This document shows, one piece after another, positions 37,809 to 47,446 of a stretch of 64,000 nt of DNA. The stretch spans positions 31,371-95,370 of the IMG/VR virus record IMGVR_UViG_3300047509_000088; one strand, given 5' to 3'. Each line of letters begins with the position of its first letter. The first letter of the stretch is position 1. The notes below the pieces were generated by a model. The model worked only from the letters and a program-made list of their open reading frames with translations, was not told the origin of the DNA and searched no databases. This stretch comes from a virus. The translations under genes and the position numbers were made by a program.

Positions 37809-38485
37809 CCGCGCTCCTGAAGTAGCTGGGCTAGCTGGGACTCGATCATAGCCAGCCGCGTGACAACCTCAGTCTCCTCGTGCCCGACGAAAGAGGCGGC
37901 GATGCTGCCGGCGAGGGTGCTCACCAGTCCGATGCCACCGATCATAAGGACGCCGGCCACGATCCGGCCGGGGCCGGAGTGCGGCGCGATGTCTCCGTAT
38001 CCGACGGTGGAAGCCGTCACGACCGCCCACCAGATCGCATCTCCGAGGTTCCCTCCCCCGACCGCCGCCGGCTCGATCACGCTCATCAGCGCGGCGGCGG
38101 CCATGATCACGAACGTCGCCCCTCCCGACATGTAGAGGACGCGGCGCCGGCCGGCGGTCGCCCGCAGTCCCGCAAGAGCACGGACCATGAAGGCCAGGGT
38201 CCGGACAAGTCGCAGGGCACGGGTGAAAGCCAGCGCGGATGGTAGCGCCGGGAGAGAGACGACGACGATCGCCAGGTTGAGCCAATGGGAGCGGACGTAT
38301 GCCGAACGATTATCCGCCAGAGAGAACGTGACCGTGAACTCGACCAGAAATGCCGCCCAGACCAGCCAATCCAGGATCATCAGTCCATCTGGGATAACCG
38401 GCATCCGCAGCTCGACAAGGGTGAGCGGCACAGAGAGGAGCGCCAGCGCCATCATGCCGCCGTCAACCGTCTGACGGCGGGTCAT
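37805..38485 (-). CDS. Potassium channel (Kv/KvAP-like)
   Basis: WWAVVTASTVGYGDIAP selectivity filter; S4-like RALRLVR; multiple TM helices. Confidence 0.95.
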   Translation of the reverse strand: MTRRQTVDGGMMALALLSVPLTLVELRMPVIPDGLMILDWLVWAAFLVEFTVTFSLADNRSAYVRSHWLNLAIVVVSLPALPSALAFTRALRLVRTLAFMVRALAGLRATAGRRRVLYMSGGATFVIMAAAALMSVIEPAAVGGGNLGDAIWWAVVTASTVGYGDIAPHSGPGRIVAGVLMIGGIGLVSTLAGSIAASFVGHEETEVVTRLAMIESQLAQLLQERG

Positions 38486-38835
38486 GCCGTCACCTGGCCA
38501 CAGTACCTGCAAGCCTGTCCAGACGAAACGGGAGGCGCACCGCAGTTCGAGCACTCGGCCGCAGTCACGACCTGTTCGAGGACGTCAGCCTGACGATTGA
38601 TCCTGATGACCAGACGAGCCTGCGCCAGCATGGCAGCTTCATGGTCAATAACGGCTTGACGAGCAGCGGCCCTGCGGGATCGGTCGGCCGCTCGGTCGTT
38701 GCGCCGCGTGATGAGGATTACGGCGACCGCTGATCCCCCAAGAAGGACCGCGAATCCGTACTCTCCACCGACCGCCGCGAACACACCGACGATACCGAGG
38801 ATGGCAACCAGGGCGTCACGCTGACGGCGAATCAC
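38482..38835 (-). CDS. Membrane protein with C-terminal Zn ribbon
   Basis: 2 TM plus ECSNCGAP..CRYCG. Confidence 0.7.
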   Translation of the reverse strand: MIRRQRDALVAILGIVGVFAAVGGEYGFAVLLGGSAVAVILITRRNDRAADRSRRAAARQAVIDHEAAMLAQARLVIRINRQADVLEQVVTAAECSNCGAPPVSSGQACRYCGQVTA

Positions 38836-39437
38836 GTCGCCACCGTGCCACAATACCTGCAAACCTGGCCAGACGGGGACGGCGGGGCGCCACAATGCGG
38901 GCACTCGGTGACGGACACGACGCCTTCGAGCTGGCCGGCAGTACGGTTAACACGGATCTGACGACGGGCCTGCTCTACCATCTCGGCCTCTTGGCGGCGC
39001 TCTCGCTCGATCCGTTCGACCTCTTGGCGGTGAGCCTTCTCTACCTGAGCGGCTGCGTGGGCGGCGTCGATACGGGCGTCGTACGCGGTCCGCTGTGGCT
39101 CAGTTTTGTCGTTGATCCACTTGACGATGACCAGTGTCTTGGCTCGAATGCTGGAGATCATCCATCCATTCGCGATTAGCCTCTTCGCCTCGCCAATCAC
39201 CGTGTTGTCAAAGCCGATGACCTGGAGCCCAATGCCGTTGGTGTATTCCACGGCCTTGGCGTACGCGACCGACGCCAGGGGGACGTTCGCTCCCCACGGC
39301 GCAATCGCAAATCTACCAGTCACGCTGATATGGAGCCGGTCGCCACGGACAGTAGCCTTGAAGGGGTCGAATAGCCCGCCGATCTTGTCCACGTTTACCG
39401 GGGGAGGAGTCCATTTGGGGGTGGTGGTGTTCTGCAT
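38832..39437 (-). CDS. Protein with C-terminal Zn ribbon
   Basis: ECPHCGAP..CRYCG; promoter-like motif upstream. Confidence 0.7.
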   Translation of the reverse strand: MQNTTTPKWTPPPVNVDKIGGLFDPFKATVRGDRLHISVTGRFAIAPWGANVPLASVAYAKAVEYTNGIGLQVIGFDNTVIGEAKRLIANGWMISSIRAKTLVIVKWINDKTEPQRTAYDARIDAAHAAAQVEKAHRQEVERIERERRQEAEMVEQARRQIRVNRTAGQLEGVVSVTECPHCGAPPSPSGQVCRYCGTVAT

Positions 39438-39482
39438 GTAAACTAGGTTTACAGATCTAAGGGTAAAAGTCAAGTTCTCCGA

Positions 39483-40187
39483 TCAGATCACCCACCCGCC
39501 ACTGCCGTCAGACCGAAGCATATTGTTGGCCTGAAGGATGGCCGTGAATCGATCCGCTTCATCCTGGTCAATGAACGTTAGCTCGTGCTCGCCTCCAGTT
39601 ATGAGCGTATCGAGCTTGGTACGGAATCGGACGCGCTCCTCCAGGGACAGCGCAACAAAAAGCTCGGCGGCCTCGCGAGTGATGCCGGCAGGGATCTCCG
39701 ACGGATTAGTCGAGCCCGCGAGACGGCCGTCCGCATCCCGCACATAGCGCCACTTCGGCTGGCCGGGCTGGCTATCCCATTCAGTAGGACCATTGGTTGG
39801 CTGGCGATACTGCGGCTGGTTTCCCGGCGGTGGTTGGATGACCGGTTGTCCCTCCCTCCCTTTGGCTACAGCCCAGACGACCCAACCAACGACGAGACAG
39901 ACCAGAAGGCCAATTGCCAGACCCGGCGAGGAGCCGAGTATCACAAGCCAGACGAGAACGCCGAGGGCGATCAGGCAGCCGGCCCCGTTCGAGTTCGAAG
40001 CGGTGACCTGGCGGGACCGACGCTTGCTGTATGGCTTGCTATGGCTGTACCAGAACGGCCCGACGCCGCCCGAGATCCCGCTCGACTTGGTGCCGACCCT
40101 CACCCCGAAGATGCGCGGGCCGACTCTGACGCCTGACCGGGTGACTCTCACGCCGGGAAGAATCTTGAACCGGAATCCGAATCTCAT
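39483..40187 (-). CDS. DUF4236-like membrane protein
   Basis: MRFGFRFKILPGVRVTRSG N-terminus plus 2 TM. Confidence 0.7.
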   Translation of the reverse strand: MRFGFRFKILPGVRVTRSGVRVGPRIFGVRVGTKSSGISGGVGPFWYSHSKPYSKRRSRQVTASNSNGAGCLIALGVLVWLVILGSSPGLAIGLLVCLVVGWVVWAVAKGREGQPVIQPPPGNQPQYRQPTNGPTEWDSQPGQPKWRYVRDADGRLAGSTNPSEIPAGITREAAELFVALSLEERVRFRTKLDTLITGGEHELTFIDQDEADRFTAILQANNMLRSDGSGGWVI

Positions 40188-40519
40188 GAATTATACTCCC
40201 GTGCAAACAACATCCCGATCCCACCGACCGCAACCAGACCGAGGGACGCGAACACGACCTTTGCGATCTTTGGTGGAAAGATGACCTCGGACAGAGGGGT
40301 GGGGTCGCCGAGGTATCTCTGGAGTGGTCGAAGTGGACAGTGCCCCTTGCCGATCACGAGACCGACTCCTTCCGCCGCGAGGATTCCGACCGACCACTTG
40401 AGAAGACGACCCCGCCGCCTGCCGGCTAGAGCGTGTGCCCAGACAGAGGATATGGCCCCCAGCTCGACCGCGACTATCCCGAGGTGAACGACTCGGAGGA
40501 TCTTGGCGGGTCTATTCAT
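40184..40519 (-). CDS. Small membrane protein
   Basis: 3 TM, HCPL motif. Confidence 0.6.
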   Translation of the reverse strand: MNRPAKILRVVHLGIVAVELGAISSVWAHALAGRRRGRLLKWSVGILAAEGVGLVIGKGHCPLRPLQRYLGDPTPLSEVIFPPKIAKVVFASLGLVAVGGIGMLFAREYNS

Positions 40520-40890
40520 CTCGTGTACTCCAGGTTGAGGGGCTGTCTATGTCCGACGAAGTGGATGAAGATCGACGTATCCCAGGTGATTGACGAATTG
40601 GGATCGCTGGCTCGGCGGACCAGCTCGAAGCGACGGTGATTCCCTTCGCGAACGATCCCGTGAGTGACGGATATGTACGCTCCGGTCTGAGGGTGAAGGA
40701 CAGACGTCAGGAGCTGGGCGTCCGTCTTGCACCGAGCCAGCGGAACCTTCCAGAACAGGGCGGGGTTGCCGGCCGCGAGATCGATCAGGTCGCGGACGAC
40801 TGCGTTCGGTCGAGGGGTCTGACCGCGAAGCTGATAGTTCGCGACCCAGGTCCGGAGGATGGCCGGGATGCCGAAGAGCCAGGTGACCAT
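40516..40890 (-). CDS. Hypothetical protein
   Basis: Operon packing. Confidence 0.5.
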   Translation of the reverse strand: MVTWLFGIPAILRTWVANYQLRGQTPRPNAVVRDLIDLAAGNPALFWKVPLARCKTDAQLLTSVLHPQTGAYISVTHGIVREGNHRRFELVRRASDPNSSITWDTSIFIHFVGHRQPLNLEYTR

Positions 40891-40892
40891 AT

Positions 40893-41327
40893 CTAGACGC
40901 CCCACTTTGCCACGCCGCCATGATGTGAGCAGGCGCCGGAATGGCTGGTCGAATAGCTCACAGAGCCGTCACGACAGGTTGCGGTCGGCGTACGCGCCGC
41001 AGGCGGGGCGGGAGTCGGGACAGCCGTCGGGGTGGCGGTAGGGACAGGGGTGGCGGTCGGAGTAGCCGTGGGGGTTGGAGTAGGTACGGGTGTTTGCGTA
41101 GGGGTCGAAACGGGGGTGGGAGTAGGAGTGGGTGCGAGGGTCGGGATGGGGGTCGATACAGCCGCAGCCGGCTGATCGCTGCTGAGTGGCACGATGCCGG
41201 TCGCGGCGAGGATGGCCGTCCAGACGAAGAGGCCAATGAACCCGGCCAGGGGGACGGCGACGATGCCGGCGCCGATCTTGACGGCGAGCGGGAGGCGGGC
41301 GGTCCAGTCGAGCAATCTATTGATCAT
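40893..41327 (-). CDS. DUF3761-domain membrane-anchored protein
   Basis: TM, PT linker, TATCRDGSVSYS..SGACSHHGGV. Confidence 0.85.
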   Translation of the reverse strand: MINRLLDWTARLPLAVKIGAGIVAVPLAGFIGLFVWTAILAATGIVPLSSDQPAAAVSTPIPTLAPTPTPTPVSTPTQTPVPTPTPTATPTATPVPTATPTAVPTPAPPAARTPTATCRDGSVSYSTSHSGACSHHGGVAKWGV

Positions 41328-41384
41328 ATTAACTAGGTTTACAGATCCAAGGGTAAAAGGCAAATATTGAGTTCCGGCGACGGA

Positions 41385-41490
41385 AAATCAGATAGGGCCG
41401 TGACGGGTGTGACGGATAATGTCGATGACCCAGTTATACCCTAATTGCAGGATAAGGGTAAATCAGATATGGACCGTGACGGGTGTGACG
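41385..41490. repeat. About 30-bp imperfect direct repeat (AAATCAGATA..CCGTGACGGGTGTGACG) in a divergent intergenic region
   Basis: Copies at 41385-41414 and 41460-41490. Confidence 0.8.
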
Positions 41491-41926
41491 CCCTTGGTTT
41501 TTCCCGCATACCTCGGACTGGGTCGTACGGGTCAACTCGAACCTCGGGTCGAAAGGGGCGATTCGAGGTTCGGGTCATACGGGTTGAGCCATTCTTGTTG
41601 AAGGGTCGGCCGACGGGCGCACAGCGCCCCGCGAGATGTCGCTCGACATCGGCCCTCTTGTGCGGCGCCAGCGCCCGCGTGATACGCATAGCGCGTACGC
41701 GCATAAGGGCTGACGGCGCCCGACGGGATGGTGTAGGGTATGCCCGATGAGCGTTCATGGTTAACCCGGAGCCCTTCCGGAATGCGATGCGATGGATCGA
41801 GGTCGGCCTGGTGGACCTCCCGGTCGAGTGGGAGAGGAGGCGCCGTCGGCTTCAGGGCATGGTCCGCCGGCTGGAGACGCTTGTGGATGCCCTGGAGAGG
41901 AAACAAGCACGGGAGAGTGAGCCAAA

Positions 41927-42439
41927 GTGACCGATCATGGCCCAAGCGCCGAAACCGAAACAGCCGACATCCCTGATGGATACTGTCAGTGTCAGTGCGG
42001 CCAGCGCACGGCCCCGGGCAAGCGATTCGTTCGCGGCCACCAGCTTCGAATCCGAGCCAACCGGCAGCGGACGTCCTGTTCAAGTCATTGCCCGACGTGC
42101 AATACCTGCTTTACAGGCACCGCATCGTTCGACGCCCACCTGGTCCGGTCGGCGGTCGGCCTGAACGACCTCGGGGCACCAACCTACGAGCTGGTCCACC
42201 TCACGGCCGAGGAGGCTGGCCTGGAGGCGGCGGTGACAGGCGGCGTCTGTACGCTGGCGACACCCGAACTCCAGAATGTGACGGTCTGGCGGATTCCGCT
42301 TGAGCAGGGCGAGGATCAACCGTCTGACGATCAGCCGGTTGAGCCGATCAAGCCGCCACCTCTTCAGGTCAGCCCGGACGGATATTACGGCTGGGACGGC
42401 TTTTCATGGCGGCCGATGACCGATTGGACGGCTACCTGA
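41927..42439 (+). CDS. Zn-binding protein (CxCxCG..RFxxGH plus HCxxC..FDxH)
   Basis: YCQCQCG..RFVRGH; HCPTCNTCF..SFDAHL. Confidence 0.7.
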   Translation: MTDHGPSAETETADIPDGYCQCQCGQRTAPGKRFVRGHQLRIRANRQRTSCSSHCPTCNTCFTGTASFDAHLVRSAVGLNDLGAPTYELVHLTAEEAGLEAAVTGGVCTLATPELQNVTVWRIPLEQGEDQPSDDQPVEPIKPPPLQVSPDGYYGWDGFSWRPMTDWTAT

Positions 42440-42492
42440 TGGCCGGCATCCCAGCCATATCCGTTACCGAGACGGCCGAAGCGAGCTGACGA

Positions 42493-42939
42493 GTGCTGCC
42501 GGTCGTCTCGCCATACGTTCGATACCATCCGGTAACGAAGATCATCACTCGGCTATACGGCGCCGATCAGGTCAATACGTCGTCCGACGAGGAGGCGTAT
42601 TACCGATTGTTGGATAGATACTGGCGAGCGGGTCGGGGGATGATCGTCGTCGAACATGACATTCTTCCGTATGGCCTGGGTGGTTTGTCGAGATGTTCGC
42701 GGGATTGGTGTGTTAGGCCGTTTCTGGTCGGTGGAAAGTTGCTCGTCAGGCAATCCCTTGGCATAGCCAAGTTTTCACCAGCTCTTCAACTCCAGCATCC
42801 TGACCTGGTCGAGATGTCGGGCTGGGTTGATCCGCCGTCGCTGAGCTGGCGGGGGATGGACCAGCGGATCGCCTGGATGCTCAGGAACGTGGCTGGCCAG
42901 GAGCCTCATCAGCACTTGCCGACCTTGCATTTTCACTAG
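42493..42939 (+). CDS. Small GT-A-like glycosyltransferase
   Basis: IVVEHDILP (DxD-like), LGIAKFS, D..I, terminal H.H. Confidence 0.55.
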   Translation: MLPVVSPYVRYHPVTKIITRLYGADQVNTSSDEEAYYRLLDRYWRAGRGMIVVEHDILPYGLGGLSRCSRDWCVRPFLVGGKLLVRQSLGIAKFSPALQLQHPDLVEMSGWVDPPSLSWRGMDQRIAWMLRNVAGQEPHQHLPTLHFH

Positions 42940-43085
42940 GACTGAGCCTTTAACCGAGGTAAGGGATCTGTAAAACCTGGATCAGCCGGCACGTTGGCTG
43001 ATCGGGTGGTAAGGTGGGCGGCTCAAGTGGGGAGAGCCGATCCTTAGCCGGGTGGGAGCCGGGCATTTCCGAGGAGTGGGCCTCG

Positions 43086-45500
43086 ATGTTGAAGCGTTAC
43101 CTCGCCAGGGCGGCGTTCCCGCTTGCCCTGATCCTGGTCGTGGCCACCCAGGTCGCGGTCACCCCCGTCCGGGTGGCTGGATTCTCGTTCAACTGGAACG
43201 GAACGCCGGCCACGCCTTTGGCCTGGAACCCGTCGACCGACTTCGCCCTGGTCAAGCACGACCGAGACGTGACGACGAACTTTGTGAATCCCTATCCGGC
43301 GATTGGCCAGCACGGTCCGGACTGTGGCGCGTTCTCGAACTACAGTTCAGGCGGTGGAAATCATCTGGTCACCACCTATCCGGATGAGACGTTCATCTGC
43401 AACAACCACATGATGACGACCACTCGCGGTGACGGCTACAGCGAGATCACCTTCACGCCCAACCAGATGCTCGATTGGTCAAACGGCCCGGCCACGGCGA
43501 CCTGGCGAGTATCGACGTTTAGATCGAGCTGCCGCGATTGGTTGTCTTTTGACCTGATGAACTTCATGGACAACCTGCCGTTGACCGAGGGGGAGGGAGC
43601 CGATCTGGCTGGGCAGGCGAAGAACGAGGTCCAGATCAGCAACGGTGCCTCGTGCCGGAATATCTTCAACGCGACCGACATCCGGAACTTCAATGAATCT
43701 GATCTGGCGCAGACCGGCAACCAGGTCACGGATGTCCTATCCCAGTCAGCTTCGGTCAGGACCCTGTTCAGCTTGACGGTCAGCTCGACTCACATCAGAC
43801 TGAGCTTGCCGGAGCACAATGACTATCCGCTGGTGGATGCCAACTTCGCGTCACCACTTCCGTACAGTCAAGCAATTTTGCAGTTTGAGCATCACTCATA
43901 CGATCCGCTCAAGGATTGCTCGCCGACGCCGATCTTCTGCCATGAGGACACCTGGCACTGGTCCGATCTGTCCTACTCGGCGGCGATCCCGTTCTCGATC
44001 GAAAACGCCAACCTCTTCCAGGCTGACGCTGCTCATCCGACGGTCAGCCTGCCGGCGCCGACTCTTGTTGGCAGTTTTCTTCGAATGGAGGAGTGGTCAA
44101 GCTCCCTGTCAGTTACGACCGATACTGGTCAGACCGTTCCCATCACAGCCGCGCAGCCGAGCACGTTGAATCACTCAGGCAGTCTGACCACGGGTCAGAC
44201 GAACCTGATCTGGATGCCGATCCCGGCCGGGGTATCAAGCCTGACTTTTACAGGGCGGGATATTCAGGGATTCACGCCCTGGTTGGCGAGGAACATCTCA
44301 GTCTGGTCGCTGGCGGGGCCAGGGCCTACACCAACCGCCACGCCAACCCCGACCGCCACACCTACACCTACTCCAAGTCCGACGCCTACGCCAACCCCGT
44401 CGCCCACGCCGACCCCGTCGCCGACCGGAATCCCGATAAATGGTCTGCCCTGCGTGGTGACATTCCCGGCTGGAGATCAGACCGGTACCTGCTCGGGGAC
44501 GTTCGTGCCGGCCGTTACTCCGAGTCCAACTCCGTCTGCCACGCCGTCTCCTACGCCGCCTGCTACACCAACTCCAACCGCCACCCCGACGCCGACCCCG
44601 ACGCCGCCGGCCGGTAGTCGGGTCGGTGGCTTCTTCCTGGCCGGCGCCAACATGCCGTGGCTCAACTTCGGATCGGATTTTGGCGGTTCATCTGGAGACG
44701 TGGCGAACAACACGGCCGAGGTTGATACCAAGCTGGCGGCGGCGCACAATGCCGGTCTGCACATGGTTCGCTGGTGGATGTTCGAGGGCGGCAGCTCGCA
44801 GATCCAGAGAGACGGATCTGGCACACCCACGGGCCTTAATCCGGCGGTGTATACGGATATCGACGCCGCTCTGACTGAGGCGGCGAAGTACGATATCTAC
44901 TTCGACTTCACGCTCTTCGGCAGTACGAACGATGACGCCACTACTCACCAGTGGTGGGAAGATCCGGCCAAGCGGGCGGCGTTGACGACCGTTCTGACGC
45001 CGCTGTTCGCGCATTATGCCGGCAATTCCCGGATCAACACCTGGGAGATCGTGAACGAGCCCGACTGGCAGACTCGGAATGGGATCACCACCCAGGCCGG
45101 CGCGATCGATACGGTCAATTCCCTCGCGGATGCTGTTCACGCGAATTCGACGGCGCTGGTCACGGTTGGTCAGGCTCAGATCCAGGACGTCTCGACCTGG
45201 GTTGGAAGCCACATCGACTACGCCTCGCCGCATTATTACGACGCTTTTTCAAATACCGGCGGCGGCGTTCCTTTCACGGAGAATGCGCCCAGCTTCGGCG
45301 GCAAGCCGGTAGTGATCGGCGAGTTCCAGGCCGGGACGGGCGCCAGCCAGACCAGGTACCAGGGTTTGTACGATCACGGCTGGGCCGGCGGCTGGGCCTG
45401 GAGCCTTTCCCCCGAGCACACCTCGGATGCCTTCGGGATCGACCTGGCCGGCTGTGCTGCCTTCGCGGCGGGCAAGCTGGACATCGGCCCTCACGTTTAA
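43086..45500 (+). CDS. Secreted multidomain GH5-like glycoside hydrolase
   Basis: Signal peptide, beta-rich N-domain, PT/PS linkers, GANMPW..DFG, RWWMF, WEIVNEP (acid/base), VVIGEF (nucleophile), GWAWS. Confidence 0.88.
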   Translation: MLKRYLARAAFPLALILVVATQVAVTPVRVAGFSFNWNGTPATPLAWNPSTDFALVKHDRDVTTNFVNPYPAIGQHGPDCGAFSNYSSGGGNHLVTTYPDETFICNNHMMTTTRGDGYSEITFTPNQMLDWSNGPATATWRVSTFRSSCRDWLSFDLMNFMDNLPLTEGEGADLAGQAKNEVQISNGASCRNIFNATDIRNFNESDLAQTGNQVTDVLSQSASVRTLFSLTVSSTHIRLSLPEHNDYPLVDANFASPLPYSQAILQFEHHSYDPLKDCSPTPIFCHEDTWHWSDLSYSAAIPFSIENANLFQADAAHPTVSLPAPTLVGSFLRMEEWSSSLSVTTDTGQTVPITAAQPSTLNHSGSLTTGQTNLIWMPIPAGVSSLTFTGRDIQGFTPWLARNISVWSLAGPGPTPTATPTPTATPTPTPSPTPTPTPSPTPTPSPTGIPINGLPCVVTFPAGDQTGTCSGTFVPAVTPSPTPSATPSPTPPATPTPTATPTPTPTPPAGSRVGGFFLAGANMPWLNFGSDFGGSSGDVANNTAEVDTKLAAAHNAGLHMVRWWMFEGGSSQIQRDGSGTPTGLNPAVYTDIDAALTEAAKYDIYFDFTLFGSTNDDATTHQWWEDPAKRAALTTVLTPLFAHYAGNSRINTWEIVNEPDWQTRNGITTQAGAIDTVNSLADAVHANSTALVTVGQAQIQDVSTWVGSHIDYASPHYYDAFSNTGGGVPFTENAPSFGGKPVVIGEFQAGTGASQTRYQGLYDHGWAGGWAWSLSPEHTSDAFGIDLAGCAAFAAGKLDIGPHV

Positions 45501-45691
45501 CCGTCTGACCTAGCCTCTCTCCCCACGAGGGGTCGTCCTCGGATCTTCCGGGGGCGGCCCTGGTCTGACCGGTTAGGGGCTGGAGGGGATATGCGATATC
45601 TCCCGGCCTCGGACGGGCGGTCGGCAAGGTTCTGGACGTTCCAGCCGGATAGGTCGGCAGGATCAACCGATTAGGCGTATACCGGTGGCAT

Positions 45692-45976
45692 GTGATGGCC
45701 GCTCAGCCCGTGCCCGCTCTGCCGGAAGGGGTTCCCGGTCTCGACGCCCAATTCGCCGAGATCGTCGAGGTGATCCTGGGCCAAGAGCGGGTAGCCAGAC
45801 GGTGGGGCTGGTTGAACGGCGGTCTGGGTCGGCACATCTGTTCGCCGCCGGAGAAGCTCTCGATCGGCTGGGGCACCCAGATTGTGAACGGTCTGCCGGT
45901 CTGGAGATGCCCGGGGTGCGGCCAGGCTTGGACCCAGACCCTCTCTGGGCCTTGGCATACGACCGATCTATCGTAG
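45692..45976 (+). CDS. Hypothetical protein (Zn ribbon)
   Basis: HIC..WRCPGCG..W. Confidence 0.5.
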   Translation: MMAAQPVPALPEGVPGLDAQFAEIVEVILGQERVARRWGWLNGGLGRHICSPPEKLSIGWGTQIVNGLPVWRCPGCGQAWTQTLSGPWHTTDLS

Positions 45977-46094
45977 ACCGCACGGTCGCCATTTGGCGGG
46001 TAGACTTTCCGACCAGACGAGTTCGAGACGAGCCGGTCAGCCGGAGAGTGGGAGCGTGAAGCCCAGACCAGTCGATTGCTAGGAGGCATCCGTA

Positions 46095-47138
46095 ATGGGC
46101 GCTGTCGATCTCGTCAACCCGTTCAGTCGTGGCATCCGGCTCCGCGAGGCTGGCCGGCATCTCCGCGAAGACCTCGACGCGGCGAAGTTGGGAATCCTCG
46201 ATCTCCGGTCGCTGGCGGCTGGCTATCAGCGTCAGGCCAACCCGGTCGAGGTCACCACCACCAGCTTGATCCGCGACTCCGTGGAAGTGGACCCCAGGCG
46301 GCTGGCGACCGACCCCAAGCTGTTCACGGAACCGATCTGGGACGGCAAGGTCTGGCGCGATCTAGCTCATGGCCGCGACCGTCGGATTGTGCGAGAGGTC
46401 CGCCGGCAGCACAACATTCAGTGGCGGGCGGGTCGTGACCGCGTGATGATCCCGGCCATGTTCGGGGATGCCGGCGCGGGTCTGTCCGGGTTCACTGGCA
46501 ACCTGACGTCGATCGCGTCCAACGTGGCGACCGACTCCGGTGCCACCTGGCCGACAGCGACCTCGGCGGCCGGGAACTCGGGCCTCCAGGGGCACATCAT
46601 GGTGTGCGGCGCCAATGCCTCCGGGACCGGGTCGAAGGTGCTGGGCGTGATCGTCTCGAACATCGCCACGGCGGCGACGGTGGACCAGTGGTACGCGGTC
46701 CCGGTGACAGGTGCGGCCGGGACGACGCCGAACGGCACCGCCGGATACTGCATCCTGCCCGGGGGCTCGGGCTGGCTGCCCTGGATCGCGCTCTCGACCG
46801 ACACCACCGCCGTGGCCGCCACTGGCTCTGAGCCGGCCGGTGCGACGTTCACCGGCGAACAGACCGCGAACGGCCTTGCGCGGGCGTTCGTCGGCCAGGG
46901 CGGAGCGACGGCTCCGATCATCACGCCCGGGACGACGACCAGCACTGTGGCGCTCGACCATACCTGGACTTATAGCACGACAGGTGCGGTTGTGCTCGCG
47001 AAAGTCCTGCTTTACAATTCGCTCTCGGTCACTGGGAATCTGATCAGCTTCGAGACCCTCCTGAACGCAACCGGGACGGTCTCTCTGTCGGGCGACACCC
47101 TTCGCGTGACGTGGACCTTTACTATTACGACATCGTAA
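46095..47138 (+). CDS. Probable virion structural (tail-associated) protein
   Basis: SD AGGAGG; Gly/Thr/Ala-rich; C-terminus GDTLRVTWTFTI typical of phage tail proteins. Confidence 0.65.
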   Translation: MGAVDLVNPFSRGIRLREAGRHLREDLDAAKLGILDLRSLAAGYQRQANPVEVTTTSLIRDSVEVDPRRLATDPKLFTEPIWDGKVWRDLAHGRDRRIVREVRRQHNIQWRAGRDRVMIPAMFGDAGAGLSGFTGNLTSIASNVATDSGATWPTATSAAGNSGLQGHIMVCGANASGTGSKVLGVIVSNIATAATVDQWYAVPVTGAAGTTPNGTAGYCILPGGSGWLPWIALSTDTTAVAATGSEPAGATFTGEQTANGLARAFVGQGGATAPIITPGTTTSTVALDHTWTYSTTGAVVLAKVLLYNSLSVTGNLISFETLLNATGTVSLSGDTLRVTWTFTITTS

Positions 47139-47172
47139 CTAGGGTCAAATAGTAAGCGGGAGACTTGGCCGG

Positions 47173-47433
47173 ATGGCCAGTGTTACTCATGTCCTGATCT
47201 CGGTTCGCAATCAGGCGGGCGGAATCTTCAGCGTGACGCTCGTGTACGACTCGATCACGGGCGTCATTTCGGCATGCACGATCGTCAACTCGACCGGCGT
47301 CGCCAAGACCATCACAATTGGAACTTTCACCGCCTCGATCCCAAATGGGACCAACCGAATATTCGCGATCGGCGCTCAGACCATGGCCCATCTGACTGAC
47401 AAGGTCCCGTCAATCGACATGCGGTCAGCGTAG
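47173..47433 (+). CDS. Small beta-rich structural protein
   Basis: Position in the tail cluster. Confidence 0.55.
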   Translation: MASVTHVLISVRNQAGGIFSVTLVYDSITGVISACTIVNSTGVAKTITIGTFTASIPNGTNRIFAIGAQTMAHLTDKVPSIDMRSA

Positions 47434-47446
47434 AGGGATGTGAGGG

